Shown one piece after another: positions 9,630 to 18,373 of a stretch of DNA of 32,671 nt. The translations under genes and the position numbers were made by a program. How positions within the stretch are numbered: the first letter of the stretch is position 1; every line of letters starts with the position of its first letter. Source of the stretch: Bdellovibrionota bacterium (GTDB lineage: Bacteria; Bdellovibrionota_C; UBA2361; OMIW01); the NCBI GenBank assembly GCA_044345055.1, contig JBIJBT010000027.1, positions 1-32,671 of the forward strand. Direction: 5' to 3'. The notes beneath the pieces were generated by a model. It saw only the letters and a program-made list of their open reading frames with translations. It was not told the origin of the DNA and did not search any database.

Positions 9630-10781
9630 CTAATCAAGAAGACCCACAGCATTAGTTGTGTCGACATCGCCGAGCGCCTCTATTAGTCCATTAATCGTGA
9701 ATGGTTTAGTAAACACCGCCGTCGCTTCTCTTCCAGACTTAACGGCAACCATCGGCACGTACATCCGTGCTCTCTCCTGAATTATCTGGCTCCATTGATT
9801 ACCTGCTTGAGATACACCCGAACCTAAAGCCACCTGACCTGCGTTTTGAATAACCTCTTGATTGAGCCCTAAAGCGTTCTGATTGTTCTGAACACCTCCC
9901 TGCCGGAGTCCCTGACCGGCTCCATTAACCGCAGCAGCAAGAGCAACGCCTGATAGAACTTTTCCGATTGGATCTATGGCAACACCTGCAAGGCCTCGGA
10001 TACCATCCTCACCGACTATCCACCCATCGACATCTATGGTTTTTTGTTCGCCGGTGGGGAGTTGATAGGTCATAGTTGTCAGGCGAAATAGAACGCGTTG
10101 ATCAACAAGAGAACCTTGCGCCGCAGCGATTACGCGCGCTTCACCGAGCGGTATTGCTGATCCATCAGGCCCGTATACCTCGCTTATTAGTTTCAACACT
10201 ACGGGATAAGGGGTTCCATCAGTTGGCGCATTGACCCCAGCCATCAGCTTGACCCTGACTGAATCCCCCGCCCCGACAAATGCGACTCGCTGAGGCGTTG
10301 GGGTTGGGGCCGGACCTACCTCTGCGTCTTCTAGACCAAACGACTCGATCTCATCGGTCCCCTCCTCCGGCGGTGCTTCCGATGGTGAAATTCCCACAGG
10401 TTGAGGTTGCTGAGAGCCTGCGTTCGCGGAGTTGTCCTCCATTTTATCGATCATCTTCTTGAGGATCGTTGCAGTTTTTTCTTCGTACTGAGTGAGTCGT
10501 TTTGTCAGATTTTCATTTCTTCGTTGCGCTTCGTCATTTTGATTTCTCAATTGAACGAGTTCTTCGTTGAATCTACTCGCGAGGTCGGAGGCTGCTTCAT
10601 TAGTCTCAACGACTTTATCTTGCTCAACGGGCGCTCTAGGTCGCGAGAATCGTACCCCTCGATTAGCAACAGGATTTGCGAGGAAATAGTAGGTGATTGC
10701 AAGCAGAACCACGGCTGCTATTCCGGTTTTTCCCTGACGTGTTGCGAGCCATAACTTCAGATCGTTTAGCTTTTGCTTCAT
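9630..10781 (-). CDS. traB: TraB/VirB10-like T4SS core protein
   Basis: N-terminal TM helix, coiled coil, Pro/acidic linker, then TraB-like LMAGVNAPTDG.PYPVVL and GWIVGEDGIRGLAG motifs, Gly-rich helical hairpin, P.V.V.SGR...VF terminus. Confidence 0.85.
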   Translation of the reverse strand: MKQKLNDLKLWLATRQGKTGIAAVVLLAITYYFLANPVANRGVRFSRPRAPVEQDKVVETNEAASDLASRFNEELVQLRNQNDEAQRRNENLTKRLTQYEEKTATILKKMIDKMEDNSANAGSQQPQPVGISPSEAPPEEGTDEIESFGLEDAEVGPAPTPTPQRVAFVGAGDSVRVKLMAGVNAPTDGTPYPVVLKLISEVYGPDGSAIPLGEARVIAAAQGSLVDQRVLFRLTTMTYQLPTGEQKTIDVDGWIVGEDGIRGLAGVAIDPIGKVLSGVALAAAVNGAGQGLRQGGVQNNQNALGLNQEVIQNAGQVALGSGVSQAGNQWSQIIQERARMYVPMVAVKSGREATAVFTKPFTINGLIEALGDVDTTNAVGLLD

Positions 10782-10850
10782 CGCTCAGTACCTTCTAAAT
10801 CTTCTTACTCATCTTCAGCCCAACGAATCGAGCTGTCTCGCTTCCGCTGC

Positions 10851-11687
10851 TTACCGCTTTGAACGGGTAATTATATATAGCTTTGTCTTGTGTTTTGCGG
10901 CGGCTTGCTGTTCAACATTTAGTGGCTGTGCTGTCAGCTCCCAATCTTTTGCTGATATCGCCAGAGTTCCATCAATCCGAAAGCTTCCTGCATTCAGCTT
11001 CTGCGAAGTTTGCAGAAGATTCTCTGCGTCAACAACATATCCCCACAGATTTGGTCCAATAAAGATTCGGTCAATTTTAGCGACAATCGTTCCGTCACTT
11101 AAAACCGTCTCTCCCTTATGAATCTGACTGACCCGGTAACCGGTAATGCCTGTCTTCCCAAACTCCGCATTGAGAACCATTTCACGCATCAGGCCGCTTA
11201 CTTGGTTGGGCGGGGCATAGTCGAATTTTTTCTCTTCTGAGGGTTGTGGTTTATCATTATCATCACCTGAAGATACCCCCGAGGTAAGTGAGTCCTCTAT
11301 CCGAACCATATCATCTCGAGGGTTTTCCGGTGATGCTCGATGAACCCGAATCGAATAGGACTTGCCGTTATCAAGACGAACTATGATCGCTTCGCCTCCC
11401 TCATTGAGGCCGTCCTGCCCGAAGATGACAAGATCGGTACCCTTTCTATCAAGGTTGAGGCTCGACTGTTTTTTCTTGAATCCCCCAGCAATTGCTGACG
11501 GGAATTGAAGCTGAGTCGGCTCTCCCGGCCTCACATAAACCGATATCTCTCGGCCTCCATACTCAAGGTCTCGAGCATAGCTACTCGAAGAGAAGATAAG
11601 GCAAGCAGCTGCCACCACGATTTTTATTACCTGTCGGGGACTTTGCATAATATGCCGAGAAATGAAGTTACTATTATCGGTACTCAT
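10851..11687 (-). CDS. traK: TraK/VirB9-like T4SS core protein
   Basis: Signal peptide; PTQLQFP N-terminal domain; TraK-like C-terminal LMREM...GYRV, IFIGPNLWGYVVDAEN, GTLAIS, TKLYII; lies between traE and traB. Start uncertain (11687 or 11648). Confidence 0.75.
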   Translation of the reverse strand: MSTDNSNFISRHIMQSPRQVIKIVVAAACLIFSSSSYARDLEYGGREISVYVRPGEPTQLQFPSAIAGGFKKKQSSLNLDRKGTDLVIFGQDGLNEGGEAIIVRLDNGKSYSIRVHRASPENPRDDMVRIEDSLTSGVSSGDDNDKPQPSEEKKFDYAPPNQVSGLMREMVLNAEFGKTGITGYRVSQIHKGETVLSDGTIVAKIDRIFIGPNLWGYVVDAENLLQTSQKLNAGSFRIDGTLAISAKDWELTAQPLNVEQQAAAKHKTKLYIITRSKR

Positions 11688-11700
11688 CACTTTTTCCTCT

Positions 11701-12360
11701 CTACTCCCCAACCGTTTTCTTCTCAAGCCGCAGACCAGTTATCACCACCCCGTACTCATTGAGTCTGTTTCTGGGGCGGGTCTCGAGCGTTACATGATAA
11801 ACCCAGGTGCTCACGGGCAACTCTTTTCCAGATACAATTTTAACCCTATCCCCCTCAAAAGTGACCGTAGCATCGCCCCGTCCCCGTGTGAGGGTGGTTT
11901 TTGTTGGGTCAATAAGAAAAACTTGAGTCCGTTGAGTCTGTTCAATCGCTTTAAGATCACCTTCAAGCATCTGTTGACCGAAGCTCGTCAATAACGGTTC
12001 AACAACCCGCTGCTCTGCTTCCAACATCTGACGACGAGCTGATTTTGGACTATAGCTGCTGATTAAATTGACGAAATCAGTAGCTGCATCCACCAAAATA
12101 GGGTCTGTAAGCTGGTCGACAGAATATTGTCCAGGGAGCGGCTTTTGAGGGACGTTCAGAATAGTGGTGCGATTACCGTATACCCACATCGAAAATATAA
12201 TCAACGCCAGGGTTGCAGGTATCTGAAGTAGCGCAATTGCTCGCCAAAGAACTGCCTGATCTTGGTAGAGCTCCCACAGCCTGAGGGTGTCCGATTCCCC
12301 TTTTGGGGCGCGAACTGTGGTGTCTTTTATTGTCCCTTTGAGCCGACTATCGACCGCCAT
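11701..12360 (-). CDS. traE: TraE/VirB8-like bitopic inner-membrane protein
   Basis: Single TM helix then NTF2-like periplasmic domain ending RPRNRLNEYGVVIT (VirB8-like NPxG-type motif); overlaps traL. Confidence 0.75.
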   Translation of the reverse strand: MAVDSRLKGTIKDTTVRAPKGESDTLRLWELYQDQAVLWRAIALLQIPATLALIIFSMWVYGNRTTILNVPQKPLPGQYSVDQLTDPILVDAATDFVNLISSYSPKSARRQMLEAEQRVVEPLLTSFGQQMLEGDLKAIEQTQRTQVFLIDPTKTTLTRGRGDATVTFEGDRVKIVSGKELPVSTWVYHVTLETRPRNRLNEYGVVITGLRLEKKTVGE

Positions 12361-12793
12361 TTCGTTTCCTCCCTGCTAGAAGGTTCGGTTGAATCGGATC
12401 TTCGCTATCTTCCGGCGTTGTAGGAAAGAGCTTGTCGAGGGCGAGCTCTCGATACCGACTCTCGGGCGAAAGTTCTCGAACTCGGCAGCCACTCCACAGA
12501 TCTCGGATCACTGCGGGAGCGGGTATCCCGGGCGGAGAAAATCCCATCAGCACCATCGCATAGTTGCGCACACCCCGCTCCTCATCAGGAACCATCATTC
12601 GTATCGAACGGAGTCCAAACGCTGTAAAAATCCAGGAAGCGAGCATAAAGGGCATACCGACCGATACTTCGTTTTGGAAGAATATCTCTTTTACTATTAT
12701 AAAGACCATAAAGCCTGATCCGAGCTCCATTAGCTTGCAGCCCATGAAGGTCCAACCTTCATTCAAGCCCTGAATTTCCTCCCCATTATCCAT
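12347..12793 (-). CDS. traL: TraL/VirB3-like small membrane protein
   Basis: Two hydrophobic segments; GAGG RBS; first of the L-E-K-B-V-C order; C-terminal GFSPPGIPAP. Confidence 0.55.
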   Translation of the reverse strand: MDNGEEIQGLNEGWTFMGCKLMELGSGFMVFIIVKEIFFQNEVSVGMPFMLASWIFTAFGLRSIRMMVPDEERGVRNYAMVLMGFSPPGIPAPAVIRDLWSGCRVRELSPESRYRELALDKLFPTTPEDSEDPIQPNLLAGRKRNGGR

Positions 12794-12877
12794 TATGCCT
12801 CTTGCTGATTTCTCGAAAAAACGTCGATCTCGAGCGTTGCCCCTCCGATTTCCAGAATCGTGTTGAGGATTCTGCCA

Positions 12878-13240
12878 CTACTTTGGTCGTTCCTCTTCAG
12901 CGAGTAGCCGTCGATCGGGGCTAAACGAAACCCCTCCCGAGGTTACTCTGGGCTGCGGGTCGAGCACCCGTTCAAGCTCGTGCGCCCTCTCTGCAACTGT
13001 TCCCCTCCATCCCGATGGATCTATTAGGGTCGGCAGCTCCGCTACCCGTGTTCCTGCATCGAACTCTCTTAGAGCCGCTAGAAGCAGTGAGCGGGCGCGG
13101 GTGTAGTGCCCGATTGCCCGAGCTGTTTCTTGCTCCGTTGCTGCACCGTTAAATTCTTGTGCTTGGCAGGTGGGAGATTGGAGAAAAAGGGCAGCGACGA
13201 GCCCGCCTAGCACCGAAAGTTTTATAACGAGATTTTTCAT
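12878..13240 (-). CDS. Secreted helical hypothetical protein at the head of the T4SS operon
   Basis: ATG 13240 with GAGGGAAG RBS; signal peptide MKNLVIKLSVLGGLVAALFLQSPTCQA; hydrophilic amphipathic mature part. Confidence 0.65.
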   Translation of the reverse strand: MKNLVIKLSVLGGLVAALFLQSPTCQAQEFNGAATEQETARAIGHYTRARSLLLAALREFDAGTRVAELPTLIDPSGWRGTVAERAHELERVLDPQPRVTSGGVSFSPDRRLLAEEERPK

Positions 13241-13608
13241 TACTATATCTTCCCTCAACCTTTCCAGCCTTGGAGATTTAAGAACCGTTTCTAAATACGG
13301 CACCAGCTCAGACCTTCTCCCCCTGTTATACATCGTCAGCTTCTCCCTGATACTCAATAAATTAAGTCAAATATAAAAACGGGGGTTCGTCGGCGCACCT
13401 TGAGCCCTAAAGGGTGAGGAACTTTTGCTCCTTGTTCTCCGTTTACCCTGTTTCGGGTGGGGTACGCTTCGCTGCAAAAGGGGACACATTAACGAAGGCT
13501 ACGATGTTAGAGGAAAAAAGTCACGAGAAGTTAGGGGATTATGCGTTGAGATTAGGGTTGCAACTCATTCTTGGTTTCGAGTCCTCAGTCGCCTTTTCTC
13601 CTTGTATC

Positions 13609-15036
13609 TTACAAGGGGAGCAGTTTTAAGTGAGCATCAAGCCCGATGGCATGAAGAAGGGCCAACATTCTTAGTTCAGAAAAGCGGGGACCGATAAGCT
13701 GAGCTCCAACCGGCATTCCTGTTGCCGAGCGGTGGGTAGGGAATGCAAGGGCGGGTAGTCCGAGGATATTGGTCATCGCGCTTGAGAGGTATACCTCGTG
13801 AGATTCGAGCTGTCGTGAACCGATTGTAAACCGATCGACGCCATGGAGCGGGGGAGTTACAGCTGCAACGGGTGCAATCAGAAGATCGACATCTTTGAAT
13901 AGAGTGTGCGCGGCGCGTCGAATCTGCTCAACCCGATTGAGCATTGTGAGAAGCCCCTCGGGGTTCAGGGCGGGGAGTCGCTGTCGCACCTTCTCCCGAA
14001 GGGCGGCGAGTCGAGTGCCATCATCGGCAGGAGTTCGAGGGGTTCCGAGCTCCGCATAGAGGAGATCTTCCGCCGCTATAACCGCTTGAACGTTGAGCAC
14101 GATAAATGGCTCAAGGGTGCGATCAAGAAGGGTGCTCGAGATATATTCGACGGCGATTCCGTGATCCTCGCACCGTTTTGCAGCGATGGTGAGGCCCGCG
14201 GTGATCTCCTCTTCGACCGGAATCCCGAGGACTGAGGAAATTATACCGACCCGCCGAACTTTAGCGCCGACGGGATCAGGGTGAAGTCCGAATGGATATG
14301 AGGTGGAGTAGGGGTAAGCACGGTCGAAGCTTCGGAGCGCTGAAAATACTATTTCTAAATCCTCGGCACTTCGAGCAAGAATACCGGGCACAGAGAAGGT
14401 GCTGGTGAAACAGTGGGTATCCTCGGCTAGTCCAGATTGTGGTAACAGCCCGTGAGTTGGCACGAGTCCGTAGAGCCCGCAAAAAGAAGCGGGCACCCGA
14501 ATCGAGCCGCTCGCGTCGACACCAAGGCCAAAGAGTGCTCCTCCGGTGGCAACGATAACTGCATCCCCACCCCCTGAGCCTCCTGGCGTTCGAGCTGAAT
14601 CGAGAAAATGGGTCGTTTTCCCGAATCGGTCGTTTTCTGTAAAGAAAGCCTTACCAAATTCTGTTTGGTTGCCCTTTGCTATGCAGATAGAATCTTGATG
14701 GAGCGCAGTTTTAATTAGCGGGTCTGAATCAACCGCTCGCTCAGAGGAGCGAAAATGTGTGCCCATTGAACGGGGGAGTCCCTCCACCCGAATATGATCT
14801 TTCGCCGAAAATGGAACTCCAACGAGTAATCCCTGTTTTTCGCCCCGACCTATGCTCGCATCGAGCTCCGTTGCTCGCGCGGTACCGCTTTCTTCATTAA
14901 TATAGCACGCCGCATTAGTAGAGTTATTCCACCGCTTGAGGGAATCGAGATGCGCGAGCGCTACATCCTTACAAAGGAGGGTGCCTGCCCGAATACGGCG
15001 GGTAAGAGAGCGAATTGAGAGGGCGAGGGTATCCAT
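13609..15036 (-). CDS. Amidase signature family protein
   Basis: GVPFSAKD (Lys), TPGGSGGG (cis-Ser), DASGSIRVPASFCG (nucleophile Ser), GMPVGAQLIG. Confidence 0.9.
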   Translation of the reverse strand: MDTLALSIRSLTRRIRAGTLLCKDVALAHLDSLKRWNNSTNAACYINEESGTARATELDASIGRGEKQGLLVGVPFSAKDHIRVEGLPRSMGTHFRSSERAVDSDPLIKTALHQDSICIAKGNQTEFGKAFFTENDRFGKTTHFLDSARTPGGSGGGDAVIVATGGALFGLGVDASGSIRVPASFCGLYGLVPTHGLLPQSGLAEDTHCFTSTFSVPGILARSAEDLEIVFSALRSFDRAYPYSTSYPFGLHPDPVGAKVRRVGIISSVLGIPVEEEITAGLTIAAKRCEDHGIAVEYISSTLLDRTLEPFIVLNVQAVIAAEDLLYAELGTPRTPADDGTRLAALREKVRQRLPALNPEGLLTMLNRVEQIRRAAHTLFKDVDLLIAPVAAVTPPLHGVDRFTIGSRQLESHEVYLSSAMTNILGLPALAFPTHRSATGMPVGAQLIGPRFSELRMLALLHAIGLDAHLKLLPL

Positions 15037-15176
15037 CAAAAAAGCTCACTTATGGTTGTGGTGCAGCGTTCTAGTCATGGCCTTACGACCTGTCCTTACC
15101 TTCTCATCATGACGCCGAGGGGCGTAATCCGCCAGAGGAAAAGCGGCCGATGTGCCGAGTTACGGGAGCGATATCA

Positions 15177-15587
15177 ATGACCTCAAATAGTTCTAAGATG
15201 CCGATTTTAATCGTTGATGATAGCGCACAGTTTCGGCGGGTTCTGAAAATGATTATTACCCGAGCGCTCGGTATGGGCCCCGTAGAAGAGGTCGATAGTC
15301 CGGGTGAGGCGATACCCCTTATTCGTGATGGAAAATTCGATGGAGGTGTGCTCTTTGTCGACCAATATTATCCGGGAAATGAGGATGGCTGTTTTTTAAT
15401 CCGTACTCTGCGCGATGAGGGTGTCCTTGAAAAAGTATCTACGGTTCTAATGACCTGTGAGCCCTCACCTCGCTTGCTTCGAGAGGCACGGGATGCCGGA
15501 GCGGTCGCGATGATCGCTAAGCCGTTTGACGAGGGGATAGTGCGCAACTGTTTTGCTGAGTGCGCGCGCCGGCGGCAGTTTGGATGA
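15177..15587 (+). CDS. Single-domain response regulator (CheY-like receiver)
   Basis: ILIVDDS, FVDQYYP phosphoacceptor Asp, LMT, IAKPF; no output domain. Start could be 15150, 15177 or 15198. Confidence 0.88.
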   Translation: MTSNSSKMPILIVDDSAQFRRVLKMIITRALGMGPVEEVDSPGEAIPLIRDGKFDGGVLFVDQYYPGNEDGCFLIRTLRDEGVLEKVSTVLMTCEPSPRLLREARDAGAVAMIAKPFDEGIVRNCFAECARRRQFG

Positions 15588-15728
15588 GGCTTTAGGGTGG
15601 CAAACTTTAAGGAGAGCTGCGTTTTTTTGTTTAGGTCTGTTCAGAATTAGGGTGATGGAGTGAGGCTAAAACGACCTAGACGGCCAAATTTATAATAACC
15701 TTGGAGTTAAGGACGATATCTATTCAGA

Positions 15729-15819
15729 TCGGAAATTGGAGTAACCTCCCGCAAACTCATTCGGAGTGCTACACTCTCAAAGCAATCCGTTAAGAGTTGC
15801 GGGGGTAGTCTCATTCCGA
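15729..15819. repeat. Long imperfect inverted repeat (~90 nt hairpin) upstream of the 15836 CDS
   Basis: Nested pairings TCGGAA/TTCCGA, CCTCCCGCAAACTC/GAGTTGCGGGGG, CGGA/TCCG, TGCT/AGCA. Confidence 0.65.
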
Positions 15820-15835
15820 GGGCGAAATAGTCACC

Positions 15836-16633
15836 ATGAAGCTTATATCAAATCGCATCAGGTCGACGAACCCTTCCTCAAGTGTGGAAAAGGCGGATCC
15901 TTCATCCGCTGAAAAACAATCCGAAATCAGCGATTCAGCTCCGCCTCCTGTAGTAACAACATTGCCCTCTGGTTCAGTGGGTGAGGGAACAGCCGAAGAG
16001 CTGCATCGGGAACGAGGAGGGCGAAAATCTGAGAGTGACCCAGCTGGTGGTTTGGGTGTGGGAGGAGCAGTAGCGCGAGGGGGGCCGCTAAGACAGTTAA
16101 ATACCCTTCCCGCTGAAGAAGATAATCCATCAACGGCTGATAGCTCCGAGCCTCCTCCGCCCCCACCGATAGATTCGCCGGTTGAGGCAGCCGAATCGCG
16201 CAGCGGTTCAACTCCCGTAACTATCTCAGAGGATCGTCATCAGATCACCTGGGTGATGTTGCGGCTGCTGGCGGCAAACGGAAAGGTGAAAGCTGCCGAT
16301 GGCTCAGATCTGTTGGTGACGTTTCTCGGCGAGGAACCACCGCTCGGGGATGTATTTCAGATAGAGGCCATCAGTCCAGATATGGAGCAGCGCAGTATGA
16401 CCGTCGTTGTTCTCGCAAATCAGCAGTCGATTGAGGTGCTCGGAGGTCAAGAGACTATAGTTGTTGATTCCGCTCCTTTTCAGATAGAGCGTCAACCCAT
16501 AACGACCTCTCAAGAGCTCGCAGAAGCTATATTCAAATTCATCGAGATCGAGCTTCGTCCGATGGGGGACCTGTTAGTGAAATCAGCCCGAGAAATGTTC
16601 AGTTCGGGTGACTACTCGGGCGAGGGAGAGTGA
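15836..16633 (+). CDS. Hypothetical protein with disordered Pro/Ser-rich N-terminus and globular C-terminal domain
   Basis: 265-aa ORF filling the gap before fliD; GAGGG RBS-like sequence; no family recognised. Confidence 0.65.
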   Translation: MKLISNRIRSTNPSSSVEKADPSSAEKQSEISDSAPPPVVTTLPSGSVGEGTAEELHRERGGRKSESDPAGGLGVGGAVARGGPLRQLNTLPAEEDNPSTADSSEPPPPPPIDSPVEAAESRSGSTPVTISEDRHQITWVMLRLLAANGKVKAADGSDLLVTFLGEEPPLGDVFQIEAISPDMEQRSMTVVVLANQQSIEVLGGQETIVVDSAPFQIERQPITTSQELAEAIFKFIEIELRPMGDLLVKSAREMFSSGDYSGEGE

Positions 16634-16696
16634 TAAAATTGGTGAGGTTGTGAGGGTTAGAATCAGTATCGAATGGGGCGTGTTGTAAATCCAGGC

Positions 16697-18118
16697 CTAT
16701 CTTCCGATTGAAGAAAGCGCGGAAGCTAGTCTCGATTGTTGGTTTTGAAGATTTCCCATTAGGGATTCAAATCGCGCGAAGCGAGCTCTGGCCTGGTCCT
16801 CGGCTTGCGTTATAACCTTTTCAGCCTCTGAGATGCGTTTGTTACTGTTATCAATTGATAACTTATTCCCATTTTCGACTCCATCGATGAGCCCGTTAAA
16901 TCGAGTATAGTTATCGATCGTGCCGCCCGTTAATCCTATCTGATCAGCAAATGTTTTTAGGAGGGTCTCGACAGATGATGGTTCACTCGTTACTGCGGCT
17001 CGAAATTTGGTCGCATCGAATGAGAGAGTTCCATCTCTTTGTGTTGCAATTCCTAGATCGGCGAAAACACGAACTGCAGAGCCGGATGGTGCTTGTGTTG
17101 ATGATACAGCGGTGCGAAGTGCGCTGATGATCCCTTCGTCAACGCTCGTTTTGGTAAGAGGACCAAATGTATTAACTTTTTCCTGTTTTGATTCCTCCTG
17201 AGTTACCTGGTTACCTTCATTCACGAAGGTAATTATTTCGTTTAACCGATCGACAAAGTCGCTCATCAATTGAGTGCTTCCCGTAACGTTATCCCGAACG
17301 GTGACAGTGGAGTCTCCCAGTGAGCGGAGGTTCAGAGACAGGCCTCGTACAACATCGGTGACGGTATTTGAGGGGCGAGTGATGGTTCCTGAAATTCCGG
17401 AGATTGAAAATTGCGCATCTGCCGCGCTCTGCGTTGTACCGCTTTGAAGCGCGGCAGTGCCTTTGAGGAGCTCAGAGCCGGTAGGGTTTACGAGAGCAAC
17501 CGTTCCATCTTGAGTTCCCTCGCTAATTGCGGTCACAGAGAGCGCATAGCTCGGAATGGCCGCTGTACCGACATTGACAAGCGTTGCTACTGCTTTTGAT
17601 GACCTATCATTAAAGCTTGCAACGAGCTCAGCAGGTGTTGTGGTATTGGATAGTTCGAGATCAATAGTCTCCTGTGAGCTTCCAAGACCGACAGCAATCG
17701 ATACTGTCCGGCTCTCTGCAGACGCAGAGTTGTCGATTGCAGCATTTATTACTGAGGATGTACTGCTCCAGCGATCTCCGAACGAAAATACCCCATTTTT
17801 TGCGATCTGCGATACAGTTACCTCATACGATCCGCTCGGAGTTCCGCGTCCCGCGGCGGCTGTTAGAACTGCTTCATCCGATGTTGAGGCATTTTTCTCG
17901 AGTGGGCCTCCGGACAGAGTGTTAAATTTATTCACCTGGGTGCGGAGTCGAGTGAGGCGCGTTGTCAGAGTGCCGAGCGCATCGTTCGTGTCGGTGAGCT
18001 CTTGTACCCGTTGTTGGAGCGGAGTTACGCGGGATTGTCGAGATGCTGCAGAGGTAGCCCGAATTAGGCTCTCGGTATCGATACCTGATGCAATGCCTGC
18101 GAAGCCGAGTGTCGCCAT
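16697..18118 (-). CDS. fliD: Flagellar filament cap protein FliD
   Basis: N-terminal FAGIASGIDTESLI, GSYEVTVSQIA, ADAQFSI.GI..TRPSNTV, LGIATQRDGTLSFD, C-terminal ARFARFESLMGNLQNQ; GAGGA RBS. Confidence 0.93.
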   Translation of the reverse strand: MATLGFAGIASGIDTESLIRATSAASRQSRVTPLQQRVQELTDTNDALGTLTTRLTRLRTQVNKFNTLSGGPLEKNASTSDEAVLTAAAGRGTPSGSYEVTVSQIAKNGVFSFGDRWSSTSSVINAAIDNSASAESRTVSIAVGLGSSQETIDLELSNTTTPAELVASFNDRSSKAVATLVNVGTAAIPSYALSVTAISEGTQDGTVALVNPTGSELLKGTAALQSGTTQSAADAQFSISGISGTITRPSNTVTDVVRGLSLNLRSLGDSTVTVRDNVTGSTQLMSDFVDRLNEIITFVNEGNQVTQEESKQEKVNTFGPLTKTSVDEGIISALRTAVSSTQAPSGSAVRVFADLGIATQRDGTLSFDATKFRAAVTSEPSSVETLLKTFADQIGLTGGTIDNYTRFNGLIDGVENGNKLSIDNSNKRISEAEKVITQAEDQARARFARFESLMGNLQNQQSRLASALSSIGR

Positions 18119-18246
18119 GGAATAGTCCTCAAGTTACGGAAAATGGGAACGGCTGTACTTCATCACCCGCCACAAAAAAACGGGTTGAATGTGATCATTC
18201 GTAAAACTAATGCGCCGGAAATTATTTCCCTGTTCAGTGAGGAGTT

Positions 18247-18263
18247 GGCAGATATCGTGCCAG
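18247..18263 (-). promoter_or_regulatory. Putative sigma-54 (-24/-12) promoter upstream of fliD
   Basis: Minus strand reads CTGGCACGATATCTGCC, matching TGGCACG-N4-TTGC with exact GG/GC spacing, ~130 nt upstream of the fliD ATG. Confidence 0.6.
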
Positions 18264-18373
18264 TTGGTTAAGCTATGCTTAATCAACAAAAAAACAGCCA
18301 ATCTTTGACAACTCTGCTACCCCTCGTGTCGATCACAGAGAGAAACTTTTTTCTCTGTTGGAGGACAACACAG

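Noticed and set aside
12794..12880. Readthrough fusion of the 12878 ORF with traL (same frame, only one TAG between them)
   Set aside because: traL has its own GAGG RBS, the upstream protein has a signal peptide and the 28-codon linker looks non-conserved; probably coincidence.
5328..13357. Intact ICE or integrated conjugative plasmid
   Set aside because: No integrase, relaxase, coupling protein, att repeats or cargo visible; flanked directly by housekeeping-type genes.
13609..15036. gatA (Glu-tRNA amidotransferase subunit A)
   Set aside because: No gatB/gatC nearby and GatA-specific motifs are absent; called a generic amidase.
15745..15810. c-di-GMP-I riboswitch (GCAAAC...CAAAGC resemblance)
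   Set aside because: Lacks the GNRA tetraloop, GGGACGCAAAGC junction and receptor; the region folds better as one rod-like hairpin.
17556..18125. 189-aa plus-strand ORF and the other short ORFs overlapping known genes
   Set aside because: Antisense or alternate-frame shadows of well-supported genes such as fliD, with no recognisable motifs.
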